Shown here: piece after piece, positions 37,509-47,782 of the stretch
Layout of the letters: every line of letters starts with the position of its first letter
Position numbering within the stretch: the first letter of the stretch is position 1
Origin: Planctomycetota bacterium
Lineage (GTDB): Bacteria; Planctomycetota; PLA2; JAEUHO01
DNA length: 64,000 bases
Direction of reading: 5' to 3'
NCBI GenBank assembly: GCA_965222115.1
Contig: CBDCTJ010000007.1
Location: 1,152,001 to 1,216,000 of the forward strand
The notes under the pieces: generated by a model
What the model was told of the DNA's origin: nothing
Seen by the model: the letters and a program-made list of their open reading frames with translations, nothing else
Database searches by the model: none
Translations under genes and position numbers: made by a program

Positions 37509-38127
37509 ACTTGCTCGAGAGGCGGGCGAGGTTGTGGCGGGCGGCGAAGTTGTTGGGCTCGACGCGTAGGGCGTGCTGGAAGTACTCATGGGCGGCCTGC
37601 TTGTCGCCGCGCATGGCGGCGTGGAGGCCCAGGCCGTTGTAGGGAGCCGCGCGCTTGGGGTTGAGCTGAATCGACTGCTTGTAATAGGACACCGCTTCTT
37701 CGGCGGTTGCCGCGCTACGGCCCTGAAGGAAGAGTTGATGGGCAGCGTCGGGCGATGCTTCACTGTGGCCTGCGACTTCGGCATTGACTTGCGGACGAGT
37801 GCGGTAGGTTTCACGCGCCTGCATCGATTGGGGCGGCGCGTCGTAACCGCGCTCCCAGAAACTCGCGGATTCGGTGTCGGATCCAAACACACTTCCGCGA
37901 CCGCGTTCGCGACCATCGCAGATGTAATCGCCCACGAGATAGCCGCCAATGGCGCCCGCAGCAACGCCGATGCCTGCGCCCGGCCATCCGCCGATGAGGC
38001 CGCCAACCACGCCGCCGCCCGTGGCGCCCATGAGCGTGCCGGAAAGGCGCTCATTCATCTGGCAACCGGGGGCCGCTGCGAGGCTGAGGAGCATGACGCC
38101 CAGAATGAGGATGGTTGTGGCACGCAT
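37507..38127 (-). CDS. Lipoprotein with glycine-zipper and C-terminal TPR
   Basis: Signal ending AAPGC, GATGGGVVGGLIGG...GAIGGYLVG, and YYKQSIQLNPKRAAPYNGLG...ALRVEPNNFAARHNL. Confidence 0.8.
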   Translation of the reverse strand: MRATTILILGVMLLSLAAAPGCQMNERLSGTLMGATGGGVVGGLIGGWPGAGIGVAAGAIGGYLVGDYICDGRERGRGSVFGSDTESASFWERGYDAPPQSMQARETYRTRPQVNAEVAGHSEASPDAAHQLFLQGRSAATAEEAVSYYKQSIQLNPKRAAPYNGLGLHAAMRGDKQAAHEYFQHALRVEPNNFAARHNLARLSSK

Positions 38128-38243
38128 AGATCGCTCCCAGAGGCATCGGCAGGGTTTAGTCCCTGTTAGGGAAATCGGTTGCAATCGGCCTCCGCCACAC
38201 CCCGGCCCAGCCCAAATCCGGTCGTCTCGACTCCGGACGTAGG

Positions 38244-39143
38244 ATGACCACCATGTGCGCGCGGCTCGTTTCGGCCCTCTTCAGTTGCCTGGCCCTCACG
38301 ACGCTAGCGGCCTGCGCGGAAGTGGACGAGGTCTGGCGCTTCCGCGACGGCGGCGGCGGTCGTTACCAACTCACGGTTCGCTACAACGGCGATCTCCTTC
38401 GCCAGATTCGCGAGGTCGTAGGCGAGGCTCGCCTGCGCCAACTCTCACCTCGGCCCCTGCCATTCGATGTCGCAATCTGGCGTCGCACACTGGCACGCGT
38501 CAAGGGACTCAATGTCAAGTCGTGCGAAGAAAAGACGCTCGACGGCGGCATGATTGAACTGAGTGCCGATGTCGAGTTTGACTCCTTGCGGGCTATGTTG
38601 CACTGGGAGTTCCTAAGCTGTCGTACAACGTCGTTGGTGAATGCCGAGGTCGATGGTGAGACGCGTCAGACACTCACCATGAACCCATTGGCGCGCTTAC
38701 CTGTGTTGCGCACCGGTCTTTCGTGGTGGCGTTTGACTGAGAAATCGAATGACGAAAAACGGACGTCGGCCGAGGGTGCTACCGACGATAAGGATGAACT
38801 GCCGACCTCCGTTGGCGCACGTCGAACGGCCCGCGCGGCGGTGAAATTGCCCGCCCACACCGTCGCGATGCTGCGCCAGATGATTGCCCCGCATTTGAAG
38901 CAGATTCGCCTGTCTACCACCTTTCATGTGCCCGGCACGTGGACGGATCGAGGACGTGGCGCAGCCGATGAAGAAGGTGGTACGCGCGCGACGTTTACTG
39001 CTCCACATATCATCGCGGCCATGCCGCCGCAGTTACGCATGACGTGGCGGCCCACGTCATTTGCCAAAATTGCCCCGCTACACCACATGGGTGACGTGCG
39101 TGACGGTAAACAGAAATCGACCAGCGAAAGCGAAGCCAAGTGA
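38244..39143 (+). CDS. Hypothetical lipoprotein
   Basis: Lipobox LAAC, followed by an E.W.F..DGGG.Y strand pattern; GTGA coupling to the next gene. Confidence 0.7.
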   Translation: MTTMCARLVSALFSCLALTTLAACAEVDEVWRFRDGGGGRYQLTVRYNGDLLRQIREVVGEARLRQLSPRPLPFDVAIWRRTLARVKGLNVKSCEEKTLDGGMIELSADVEFDSLRAMLHWEFLSCRTTSLVNAEVDGETRQTLTMNPLARLPVLRTGLSWWRLTEKSNDEKRTSAEGATDDKDELPTSVGARRTARAAVKLPAHTVAMLRQMIAPHLKQIRLSTTFHVPGTWTDRGRGAADEEGGTRATFTAPHIIAAMPPQLRMTWRPTSFAKIAPLHHMGDVRDGKQKSTSESEAK

Positions 39144-39547
39144 GAGACCACGAGCGAAATAAGATCGTTGGGCTACCGGGTCTCGAGGTCGTGGTGTACT
39201 CCACCGGGCCCGAATGCACCCTGTGTCAACACGTTCTCGATTTGCTCGATGCGTTGCGAGCGCGACTCGCGATCCGCTTCGAGCTACAGATTCGCGTCGT
39301 CGAACTTTCCCTTTCCGAGTCTTTGGCACCTCCCGATGCGCGAGATGCCGCTCTGGAACCCGATTTCGTGTTTCGCGCCCCCGTCGTGATGGTGGCGGGC
39401 CGCGTCGTGCTTGAGGGGCGTATTTCGCGCGAATCGCTCATTGCGGCGCTCAGTGAGGTGAATTCGTCCTTCGCCCGGGCTGTCGCCGCCATCCCGTCAA
39501 ATGCGGCCTGTGGGCCCGGTGCCCCCCGCGTCGATGAGAGGATCTGA
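39140..39547 (+). CDS. Glutaredoxin-like protein
   Basis: VVVYSTGPECTLC (CxxC) and RAPVVMVAG (cis-Pro segment). Confidence 0.7.
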   Translation: MRDHERNKIVGLPGLEVVVYSTGPECTLCQHVLDLLDALRARLAIRFELQIRVVELSLSESLAPPDARDAALEPDFVFRAPVVMVAGRVVLEGRISRESLIAALSEVNSSFARAVAAIPSNAACGPGAPRVDERI

Positions 39548-39731
39548 TCGATGCAAGGTTTCGCCGTTGCCTATAAACGAATGAATCGCAGAGCAATGAT
39601 TCGCAGCAGTTGGATTCCATTGGGCGCTTTGGGCGTCGATGGTTGCGCGTTCGGCGCCGCGAGCGCTGGGTTTGGCGGGCACCTTGAGCAGAGCCGTATC
39701 AACCGACGTCGTCCACGGAGAGCACGACGCT

Positions 39732-42700
39732 ATGGAAATTGACCCCATCAAAGCCGCGCTCGCGCGCACCTTGGGTATGACAGTCCCACAAGTTGGCGAG
39801 GCCGCCACGCGCGCGGACCGCGCATTGCGTGCAAGTGGTCCATTGCAGTTTGACAAGGACGGTGCACTCGTGGGCCAGCCCAAGTTGGCACCCACGCGCG
39901 TTCACGATCAGCCATCAGACACGTCCGATGCACCGAGTACGGAAGAGGCCGAGCCGACTGAAACCCAGGCGGCATCGAGTTGGCAAGACGTCGTAACTTC
40001 GCGCGTAGAGGCAAGTGGTGAACCGTCATCGACAAAGCGGGAGTCGCCGAAGAAGGCAGTATTGCCGCCGCGACTTGGCGCTACTACGCTCGGAGGGGCG
40101 GACACAAGCTCGATTGGGGCAACGGGCGTCAACGACCGTGAAGCGAGCCCGCTTGCCAATGACCCGTTTTGGCGCGTTCACACCGACGTATCTTCCGAGG
40201 AAGCGTCATTGGGTGGGGACGCGCCCGGCGAGTTGCAGTCGAAATCTAGCACCGATGAGCCAAGGGTTAAAGGGAAAGAGTACGTTAGCTTTGCCAGCCT
40301 AGCGCGTGCGTCGCGCGACGTCGATGCCAATGATGTAGATTCCGAAGGCGACGATAAAGGTTCCGATCGACTCCCATCGTTCGATTTGCACAGAGCGATT
40401 GATTCTTCATTGACACCCGATGAGCCCGCGAAAGGTGAATCTGAGCATATCGCCGTTGATGACGTTCATGCTGGGCATGAAGACGGGAATTCAACTGATT
40501 TCTCGAGCGCTGTACTCGAAGACGTGCGTATAAGTGCCGAGGGTGCCGAAAAAGAATATTCTTCGTCCGTGCATGAAATCGAACAATCGCCAGCATTTGA
40601 CGACGAGCCATTCCCTTCCGAATCTCAGGATGACGCGTACGAGTTTGACCCGGCCGGAGATCCGCAATCTTCTGAAGCGGCGTCAGAAGAAGACGAGGCC
40701 GAGTCCTCCTCCACGACCACCGTGGATGTTGAGACTCACATCTCCGACCAAGTGTTCGTCCCGAGTGGACCGTTCCTCTATGGCGAAGCGCGTGAAGAGC
40801 GCAGCCTCCCGGCGTACTGGATCGACAAGTACCCCGTAACCAACGCCGACTACGAAGTGTTCGTGGAGGAAACCGGTCACCGCGCGCCGGCCTATTGGCC
40901 TCAGGGGCAGTTACCGCGCGCACTCCGCGACCATCCCGTGGTGGGCGTGGACTACTTCGATGCGTTGGCCTACGCCTCGTGGGTGGGCAAAGATCTCCCG
41001 TTTGAAGACGAGTGGGAACGCGCCGCGCGTGGTCGCGACGGTCGCATCTTCCCGTGGGGTAACGAGCCTGAACTCTCTGGCGCCAACACCGCGCGCGCCG
41101 GCGTTCGTTGCACAGTCACGGTGGACACGCACAAGATCAACATTTCGCCCGAGGGTTGCTGGGACATGGTTGGCAACTGTTGGGAACTCACACACAGTCC
41201 CGCGCCCGGTGGCGGCGTCGTGGTGCGCGGCGGTTCGTGGTACGACTTCGCGCTCTACGCCAAGACCTACTTCCGTTTCGCTTCTCGCCCCGACGTGTGC
41301 AATGGCACCATTGGATTCCGTTGTGTTCGCCGAGACCAGCCTCGAGACGACGCCCCGCGCGAGGTGCATCCCGGACACGTCGCCGACGAGATCAACAAAC
41401 GTCGCGGCAAGCGTCCCTTGGTGGATTGGACGTCGTTTAGCGCCGAGCGCCGCGACCTCGTGCCCGACTTTGCTCACCTTGCGCGCATTGAGGCCGAGTC
41501 CCGAGCTAGTGAGTTCGCGGAGCGTCCACTTCGTCCCACGCCTCAACACGATTCCGATTCCACGTACGTGTCGCCGCTTACGCCACAGGGCGTGAGGCGG
41601 GATCGCGACACGGTCGATTCATCGGTCACCGCAGAAATCAACGAGGACGGCGACAAGCGTGAAGCACACACAAGCAGTGACGCAGCAGATCGCGAAGAAC
41701 ACGCAAACAACGACTTCGTAGAACGTCGTGAAGACGAAGACGTCGATTCACAATCTCGTGGCGACACCTCGGATGACTTCGATCCAAGTGCCTTCGCTGG
41801 AGATGCGGCGCGCGAACACGAGCAAGTGCTTCACTCAGATGCTGAAGAAGACGAGGAAGAAGGGATGGACGCCAGTCCCTATCAACCTGCGCCCCCCGAG
41901 CCCGCCGCAACATCGCACGTAACGTCGCCTGAAGCGGATGCAGGGACCGATGCGTCGATCGACGAAGTACAATCTACGCAAGATGTATCCGACACGTCAG
42001 GGCACCGCGTAGAGCAGGATCACGACGAACGCGTGCATGTCGACGCGCACGGCGCCGCGTCGGTCGGTCGACGGTCGCCCACCGGTGCGTATGTGCCGTT
42101 GTCAGACGTTATGGCACAGAAGTCGGAGAAGACGCCCGAGGCTAGGGGGCCCTACGCGCCGGGTGCCGGTGGCATGAAACTTGGTGCCACGTCGTTGGAG
42201 GCAGGTCAAGCGTCGGGCATGTACGACGCCATCGACAACGCCATTCGCAAGACGGCCCACTATGACGTGGACGATACGGCGCAAGCCAAGACAACTCCCC
42301 TGTGGATGTGGGGGTTATTGGCATTGGCGTTTTTGCTGCTCGGATACTGGCTGTGGCAAACATTGGCGAGCCACGCGTCGGACACGACATCCGGTAGTCA
42401 GCACGCCAGCCTAGTAACCGAAGATTCGAACGAGGTGCCGGCACCGGCGAAGAATGAGCTGCCCAAGGTGCCGGATTGGGACACGCTTGCGACGGACGGT
42501 CAGTTGGCAAAGATGATCGATCTTGCGAATCGCGAAGAGTTCGAGCTGCTCAAGGACGGCGCTTGGATCTTTGTCTTTGTGGACCCGCAGTCCACGACGG
42601 GCGCCAAAACGATTACCGAATCGCATGCGGTTCACCGTCGCCTCGTTGGGTGGGGCATTCAAACCGCTATTGTGATTCCTCCGTCCGTGGCGGAGCGCGA

Positions 42701-43085
42701 AGATGGCGAAACCATGAGCGACGCCGAGCTCTCAAGGCAACTCTACGCCCACCGACACTTTCTGCGTGATGGCATCCATGTGATTCGCGACATCGAAACA
42801 GAAAGCAGTCCAAAGGGGGCGCTTTATAGCGCTTTCGGGACCAAGGGGAAGGCCAACTGTGCTTCGCTCGCAGTCGCTGGGCGCCTCACACAGCGCACGT
42901 GGTCAAGGGACGGGCAGCCTATGGCAGAGCGCGACTTCCATAGCCTGATGAAGCGTGCCCTAGTCGCCGTGGGTTGGGATGGTTCGCCAACGCCGAGCCC
43001 TGCGCCGGCCAGCAACGAGACGTCACGATGGTCAGACCCCGCAGATCCGTCGGTTGAAGACAGCAATATGCCTGGCGGTCGCTGA
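39732..43085 (+). CDS. Large acidic membrane protein with FGE-sulfatase (SUMF1-like) domain
   Basis: YWIDKYPVTNADY, HPVVGVDYFDALAYASW, LP.EDEWERAARG, DMVGNCWE, RGGSW, IGFRC, between D/E/S-rich tracts; one TM (LWMWGLLALAFLLLGYWLW). GGAG upstream of ATG 39732. Confidence 0.8.
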   Translation: MEIDPIKAALARTLGMTVPQVGEAATRADRALRASGPLQFDKDGALVGQPKLAPTRVHDQPSDTSDAPSTEEAEPTETQAASSWQDVVTSRVEASGEPSSTKRESPKKAVLPPRLGATTLGGADTSSIGATGVNDREASPLANDPFWRVHTDVSSEEASLGGDAPGELQSKSSTDEPRVKGKEYVSFASLARASRDVDANDVDSEGDDKGSDRLPSFDLHRAIDSSLTPDEPAKGESEHIAVDDVHAGHEDGNSTDFSSAVLEDVRISAEGAEKEYSSSVHEIEQSPAFDDEPFPSESQDDAYEFDPAGDPQSSEAASEEDEAESSSTTTVDVETHISDQVFVPSGPFLYGEAREERSLPAYWIDKYPVTNADYEVFVEETGHRAPAYWPQGQLPRALRDHPVVGVDYFDALAYASWVGKDLPFEDEWERAARGRDGRIFPWGNEPELSGANTARAGVRCTVTVDTHKINISPEGCWDMVGNCWELTHSPAPGGGVVVRGGSWYDFALYAKTYFRFASRPDVCNGTIGFRCVRRDQPRDDAPREVHPGHVADEINKRRGKRPLVDWTSFSAERRDLVPDFAHLARIEAESRASEFAERPLRPTPQHDSDSTYVSPLTPQGVRRDRDTVDSSVTAEINEDGDKREAHTSSDAADREEHANNDFVERREDEDVDSQSRGDTSDDFDPSAFAGDAAREHEQVLHSDAEEDEEEGMDASPYQPAPPEPAATSHVTSPEADAGTDASIDEVQSTQDVSDTSGHRVEQDHDERVHVDAHGAASVGRRSPTGAYVPLSDVMAQKSEKTPEARGPYAPGAGGMKLGATSLEAGQASGMYDAIDNAIRKTAHYDVDDTAQAKTTPLWMWGLLALAFLLLGYWLWQTLASHASDTTSGSQHASLVTEDSNEVPAPAKNELPKVPDWDTLATDGQLAKMIDLANREEFELLKDGAWIFVFVDPQSTTGAKTITESHAVHRRLVGWGIQTAIVIPPSVAEREDGETMSDAELSRQLYAHRHFLRDGIHVIRDIETESSPKGALYSAFGTKGKANCASLAVAGRLTQRTWSRDGQPMAERDFHSLMKRALVAVGWDGSPTPSPAPASNETSRWSDPADPSVEDSNMPGGR

Positions 43086-43093
43086 TCAGTTAG

Positions 43094-44425
43094 TCAGCTA
43101 ATCAATACGTCGTGCAAGCTGCGTACAACGTCGCGCTCATGTTCGCCGTCTACCACGATCTGTAGGTTCGTCTTGGTCGCTCCGTAAGAAATGGCGCGCA
43201 CTGCGACATCGAGATTGCCCACCGCGGTGAGCACCTGACCCGCCAAGCCGCTGGCTTGTTTCATGCGTTCGCCAATGGTGGCGATGAGCGCGTTGCCCGT
43301 CTTGACCGATACGCGTGAAAACGCTTTGAGTTCTTCGACGACGCGGTCCAATCCATCCGCGTTGTCCACCGACTCGGCGTTGTCTACGGATACCGTTACC
43401 GATACTTCGCTCGTGGCGATGAGGTCCACGATCACGTCATGGCGTTTGAACGCGTCGAACACGCGCGCCATGAAGCCCGATTGCCCCAGCATGCGGCCCG
43501 ACACAATGTTGACGAGCGTGATGTTGCTTTTGCTGGCCACGCACGTAGCGCGCGGTGCGTCCTTTTCGTGTGCGGGGCCAATCACCGTGCCTTCGGCGTC
43601 CGGGTCGAGTGTATTCAAAATGCGCACGGGGATGCCCTGTTCCACCGCGGGTTGAATGGTGGCGGGATGAATCACTTTGGCGCCGTAGTAAGCGAGTTCA
43701 CTCGCTTCGGCATACGTCAATCGCTTAACCGGGCGCGCGTCAGGCACAATGCGCGGGTCGGCGGTAAGCACGCCGCTCACGTCGGTCCAAATCTCGACTT
43801 CATCGGCACCGACAGCGCGTCCCACGATTGTGGCGGTGTAGTCCGATCCCGAGCGCCCCAAGGTGGTGACGTTGCCATCCTCGTCGCGGCCAAGAAAGCC
43901 AGTGACCACGGGCACACCCGCCACGGCCCTAAGTGAAGTCCTTAGGTTTTCGTAGGCTTGAGGGAGTGGTCGCGCGGCGGTATAGCGGGGCGTTGTTATA
44001 AGTCCGGCCTGATCGGCGTGTACCGCGGTGGCCAAAATGCCCTCGCGGTTGAGTACAGCCGTTATCGCCTTGACCGACATGCGTTCGCCAAAGGAAGCAA
44101 CTTGGTCCAAGCTTCGCGGCGTTAGCTCACCCAGCAACGCCAGACCTCGAAACATTTGATCGAGGCGTTCTAGATCGTCCTCAACCAAGGCGGTTGGAAG
44201 TGACAGCGCGTCCAAGAGTTCATACTCACGCGAACGCACGGTGGACAGGTCGGGCGAACCTGCTGCGGCATTGTGGGCGCCCGAGAGCAAGAGGTCGGTC
44301 ACGCCGCCGTGAGCCGAACACACAACGAGCGGGTTGCGATTGAGGCGCGAGCGAACCAGGGACACAACGGTGCCAATGCGCTTGCCATCGCCCAGGGATG
44401 TGCCGCCAAACTTCATGACCAGCAT
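43094..44425 (-). CDS. lysC: Aspartate kinase
   Basis: VMKFGGTS, VVCSA.GGVTD, SFGERMS, TTLGRSGSDYTA, IWTDVSGVLTADPR, ELAYYGAKVIHP and two ACT domains. Confidence 0.95.
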   Translation of the reverse strand: MLVMKFGGTSLGDGKRIGTVVSLVRSRLNRNPLVVCSAHGGVTDLLLSGAHNAAAGSPDLSTVRSREYELLDALSLPTALVEDDLERLDQMFRGLALLGELTPRSLDQVASFGERMSVKAITAVLNREGILATAVHADQAGLITTPRYTAARPLPQAYENLRTSLRAVAGVPVVTGFLGRDEDGNVTTLGRSGSDYTATIVGRAVGADEVEIWTDVSGVLTADPRIVPDARPVKRLTYAEASELAYYGAKVIHPATIQPAVEQGIPVRILNTLDPDAEGTVIGPAHEKDAPRATCVASKSNITLVNIVSGRMLGQSGFMARVFDAFKRHDVIVDLIATSEVSVTVSVDNAESVDNADGLDRVVEELKAFSRVSVKTGNALIATIGERMKQASGLAGQVLTAVGNLDVAVRAISYGATKTNLQIVVDGEHERDVVRSLHDVLIS

Positions 44426-44602
44426 GAGAGGCCCCTTGGGGTGAACGCCCACCCGCGTGAATCATCGTGGGAGGCGCGGCGAAAAGAAGCGAAACCTCCC
44501 GCGCTGGGTTGGCCGCAACTCTATGCCTTGGGGTCCACCCCGCCGAAAGGTCCGTTACGCTACCTGCTTGGCCCACGCGACTTTCCTTCGTACGGAGGCA
44601 CC

Positions 44603-45853
44603 ATGACCGATCCCCGGGCACGCGAGTTGATCTACGACTGGAATCAGCATGACGAAACGGCTGCCGCTCCGGCGCCGCGCTATGTACACGTGGACGACGA
44701 AACGCTGCGCGACGGACTACAGAGCCCATCGGTGCGCCATCCCCACAAAGACGAGATGGTGGAACTCCTGCATTGCATGGCCGACTTGGGCATTGAGTCG
44801 GTCAACATCGGTCTGCCGGGCGCAGGTCCGCACGTGTTTGAAACCACGATGCACTTGGCTCGCGAATTGGTGAAGCAAAAATTCGACATCTTGCCCAACT
44901 GCGCGGCGCGCACGTTGGTGCCCGACATTGAGCCCATCCTTAAAATCTCGCAGAAGGTGGGCACGCCCATTGAAGTGGCCATGTTCATTGGCTCGAGTCC
45001 TATTCGCATGGAAGTGGAAAATTGGGATGTCGATCACTTACTCAAGACGTCCGAGAAGGCTTTGCGCTACTGCGTGGATAACGACATGCCCATCATGTAC
45101 GTGACCGAAGACACCACGCGTACGCCGCCCGACATCGTACGACGGCTCTATACTCAGGCGATTGAGATGGGGGCCGGGCGCGTTGTGGTGTGCGACACGT
45201 GTGGTCACGCCACGCCGGATGGTGCGCGCGAACTCGTACGTTTTGTTCGCTCCGTTGCCAAAGATTGCGGCAAGCCCGACGTGCAGATCGACTGGCACGG
45301 TCATCAAGACCGTGGCCTTGGTGTCATCAATAGCTTGGCGGCCTATGAAGGTAGCGCCGATCGCCTGCACGCGTCGGGACTCGGCGTGGGCGAGCGCGCG
45401 GGCAATACGCCCATGGATCAGCTCTTGGTCAATCTCAAGTTGCTTGGCTACATCGCCCCCGATCGTGATCTCACCGGACTCGTGAAGTACATCCAATTGG
45501 TTTCGAAATACCTCAATGTTCCGGTGCCCAACAACTATCCCGTGGTTGGCAAAGACGCGTTTGAAACCGGCACGGGCGTACACGCGGCCGCCGTCATCAA
45601 GGCGCTAAAGCGTGGCGACAGCTACCTAGCCAACCGCGTGTATTCCGGCGTACCTGCCGATGACTTTGGCCTGTCGCAGCGCATCTTGGTTGGACCCATG
45701 AGCGGCAAGTCCAACGTGGTGTGGTGGTTGGAAGAAAACGGCCATGAAGCCACCGACGAACGCATTGAACAACTCTTCCGCGCCGCCAAAAACAGCAATC
45801 ACAACTTGAGCGACGAAGAGTGCGCCGAGGCCCTCGGCCTCGCCACGTCGTGA
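44603..45853 (+). CDS. LeuA-family DRE-TIM acetyl-CoA condensing enzyme (2-isopropylmalate/homocitrate/citramalate synthase-like), no C-terminal regulatory domain
   Basis: DETLRDGLQ, EDTTR, CDTCG, HGHQDRGLG, GVGERAGN, GVH, GPMSGKSNV; GGAGG RBS. Confidence 0.88.
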   Translation: MTDPRARELIYDWNQHDETAAAPAPRYVHVDDETLRDGLQSPSVRHPHKDEMVELLHCMADLGIESVNIGLPGAGPHVFETTMHLARELVKQKFDILPNCAARTLVPDIEPILKISQKVGTPIEVAMFIGSSPIRMEVENWDVDHLLKTSEKALRYCVDNDMPIMYVTEDTTRTPPDIVRRLYTQAIEMGAGRVVVCDTCGHATPDGARELVRFVRSVAKDCGKPDVQIDWHGHQDRGLGVINSLAAYEGSADRLHASGLGVGERAGNTPMDQLLVNLKLLGYIAPDRDLTGLVKYIQLVSKYLNVPVPNNYPVVGKDAFETGTGVHAAAVIKALKRGDSYLANRVYSGVPADDFGLSQRILVGPMSGKSNVVWWLEENGHEATDERIEQLFRAAKNSNHNLSDEECAEALGLATS

Positions 45854-46371
45854 CACAGTCACGGGGCCTGCCGAAGTACAACGTCGCGCACGAATTCGAG
45901 CGAGTGCGTCCACGTTGTTGTTCGATTTTGCATTGGCGGGACTTTTCGGAGACACGCCGGTGACGACAACCAGGCGAACGTCCTAGGTCGAGCAAGGTGG
46001 CGTATTGCAATGCCTGACACGCACCTATAGTGGTGCTGAAGCAGGCGGCATTGCGCCCATGGCATAGCAACGCGTACCAAACGTCGTGACGTGTTCGTTC
46101 GTAGCGCGTCACGTAGTGGGTGCGCCGTGTTGTTTGTCATGTTGTCGTGCAAAGTCATGTTGTGCAGCGCTCGGTGACGAAACGCAAGCGCGTTGTTCGC
46201 TGGCCGGTGCCATAACACAACGTAGATTTTGGCGCGCTCGAGTGCGAAGGCGCTGAATGTTCAGCACCGCGCATCCGAGCTTGTGTAGGAGGGTTCGCAC
46301 CAGCCGTATGCCGTTTGCGCTCTGTCGAGCGCCAGCCCATTCACTCGGTGCGACCAAGGAGGCAGTAGTTT

Positions 46372-47688
46372 ATGCAGAAGAGTCCGAAGCCGGCTCGTCT
46401 GGTGATGTTCGCGCTTGTTCCCGCAGCAGTCGTTGTGGCGTGGGCAGCCATGGGCTGTTCCGCTAAGAGCGACTTTTGGGATCGCAGTGGTGGTGCAACC
46501 ACGTACACGACCATGCCCCATCAATCCATGCCACGGGGGTCGCGTCCGTCGTATGGCATGCGCGAGGCGCCTCGACAGGCACCGCCTCCTGGCTGGGGCA
46601 TTCCGGAAGACGCCGCACGTCGCGGCGCGCGCCGTTCGGTTGCCCAAGCGCCCTCGGCGAACGCGGGCGATGAAGAGGCCCAAGTCTTGGCCCAAGTCAA
46701 CGCGATTCGTGCGCGTCGTGGCCTTCCTGCGCTCACCTACAACCCCAACCTGCATCAAGCGGCGCGCGAACACAGCTTGGAGCAAAAGCGCCATAACTAC
46801 ATGGGACACGGTTCACCCGATCCACGCCGTCGCACCCTTGCGCAGCGCATGAAGCTGGCTGGGTACTCCGGTCGCGCATTTGGCGAAGTGGTCGCTAAAG
46901 GATTTCGTTCCACATCGGGCGTGGTGCAGGGATGGATGAACAGTCCCAGCCACCGCGACATCTTGCTAGATCGCGAACTCACCGAAGCTGCGTTTAGTCG
47001 CGTCGGCACCTATTGGACCGGCAACTTCGGCCGGCCGTTCGCTCCAGGGGAGTCTCAGCGAGGCAGGTGGCATCGCGTGCCCGTTGGCATGGTGCACGAC
47101 ACACCTGCCGCGCCCGGGATGATGCCCGCGCATACGCCCACCCACTCGGCGCCAACGCCGGTCTATCGCCCGGTACCAAGTTGGCCTGCGCCGGTGCAGC
47201 GCCACGTTGCCTATACGTCGTCGCCAACGCCCTACACGTCTGTTCGTCGTCCCGCGTTTGCGCGCGCCCCCGCCGACTTTTATCGATCGGACTGGTCTAC
47301 TCAGCGCGGTTGGGGATCGGCCAAGCCCTATAGCACGGTCAAGAACGCCGACCACTCAGGGAGCGGCACCGATGTTGGTTGGGTGCCCACATCGGTAACG
47401 CCCGAATGGGGCGGGTCGGCCAAGCCGTTCCGCGCGTCCGGTTCGTCCAGTGATTGGGGTGATAGTGTGCCTTATCGAGCTGCGCACAACAGCCGTTCAT
47501 CATTTGGAGGTTCATTTGGCAGTGCGCCCTACAGTCCAGCGCCCGCGCCGGTGATGCGCGCGCCCGTATTGCAGCCTGCGCCGCAGTTGGTAGAGATCGT
47601 TCAGCCCGCTCCGCCGCCTGTGATCCGCAAGAAGCGATCCTGGCGTCGCTGCAGCCCGTCGCCCGTGCCTCCCGAGTGTAAGACCTGA
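46372..47688 (+). CDS. CAP (SCP) domain lipoprotein with low-complexity tail
   Basis: AAGGAGG RBS; lipobox-like AMGC; VNAIRARRGLPAL, AAREHS, MGH, GEVVA, WMNSPSHRDILL. Confidence 0.85.
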   Translation: MQKSPKPARLVMFALVPAAVVVAWAAMGCSAKSDFWDRSGGATTYTTMPHQSMPRGSRPSYGMREAPRQAPPPGWGIPEDAARRGARRSVAQAPSANAGDEEAQVLAQVNAIRARRGLPALTYNPNLHQAAREHSLEQKRHNYMGHGSPDPRRRTLAQRMKLAGYSGRAFGEVVAKGFRSTSGVVQGWMNSPSHRDILLDRELTEAAFSRVGTYWTGNFGRPFAPGESQRGRWHRVPVGMVHDTPAAPGMMPAHTPTHSAPTPVYRPVPSWPAPVQRHVAYTSSPTPYTSVRRPAFARAPADFYRSDWSTQRGWGSAKPYSTVKNADHSGSGTDVGWVPTSVTPEWGGSAKPFRASGSSSDWGDSVPYRAAHNSRSSFGGSFGSAPYSPAPAPVMRAPVLQPAPQLVEIVQPAPPPVIRKKRSWRRCSPSPVPPECKT

Positions 47689-47782
47689 AGTCGCTAATGC
47701 GTCCGGTTCGGACGCTACACATTTCACTCGGTTCGATACGCGGCGGCATCGATACGTTGCCGCTTGCGTCGCGTGAGGGTTC

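Noticed and set aside
44426-44602. Lysine riboswitch upstream of lysC
   Set aside because: On the lysC strand the conserved lysine-riboswitch elements are not recognisable; only a simple stem is present.
46229-46246. Sigma-54 promoter (also TGGCGC near 20862)
   Set aside because: The GG-to-GC spacing is off by one base and the TTGC element is missing.
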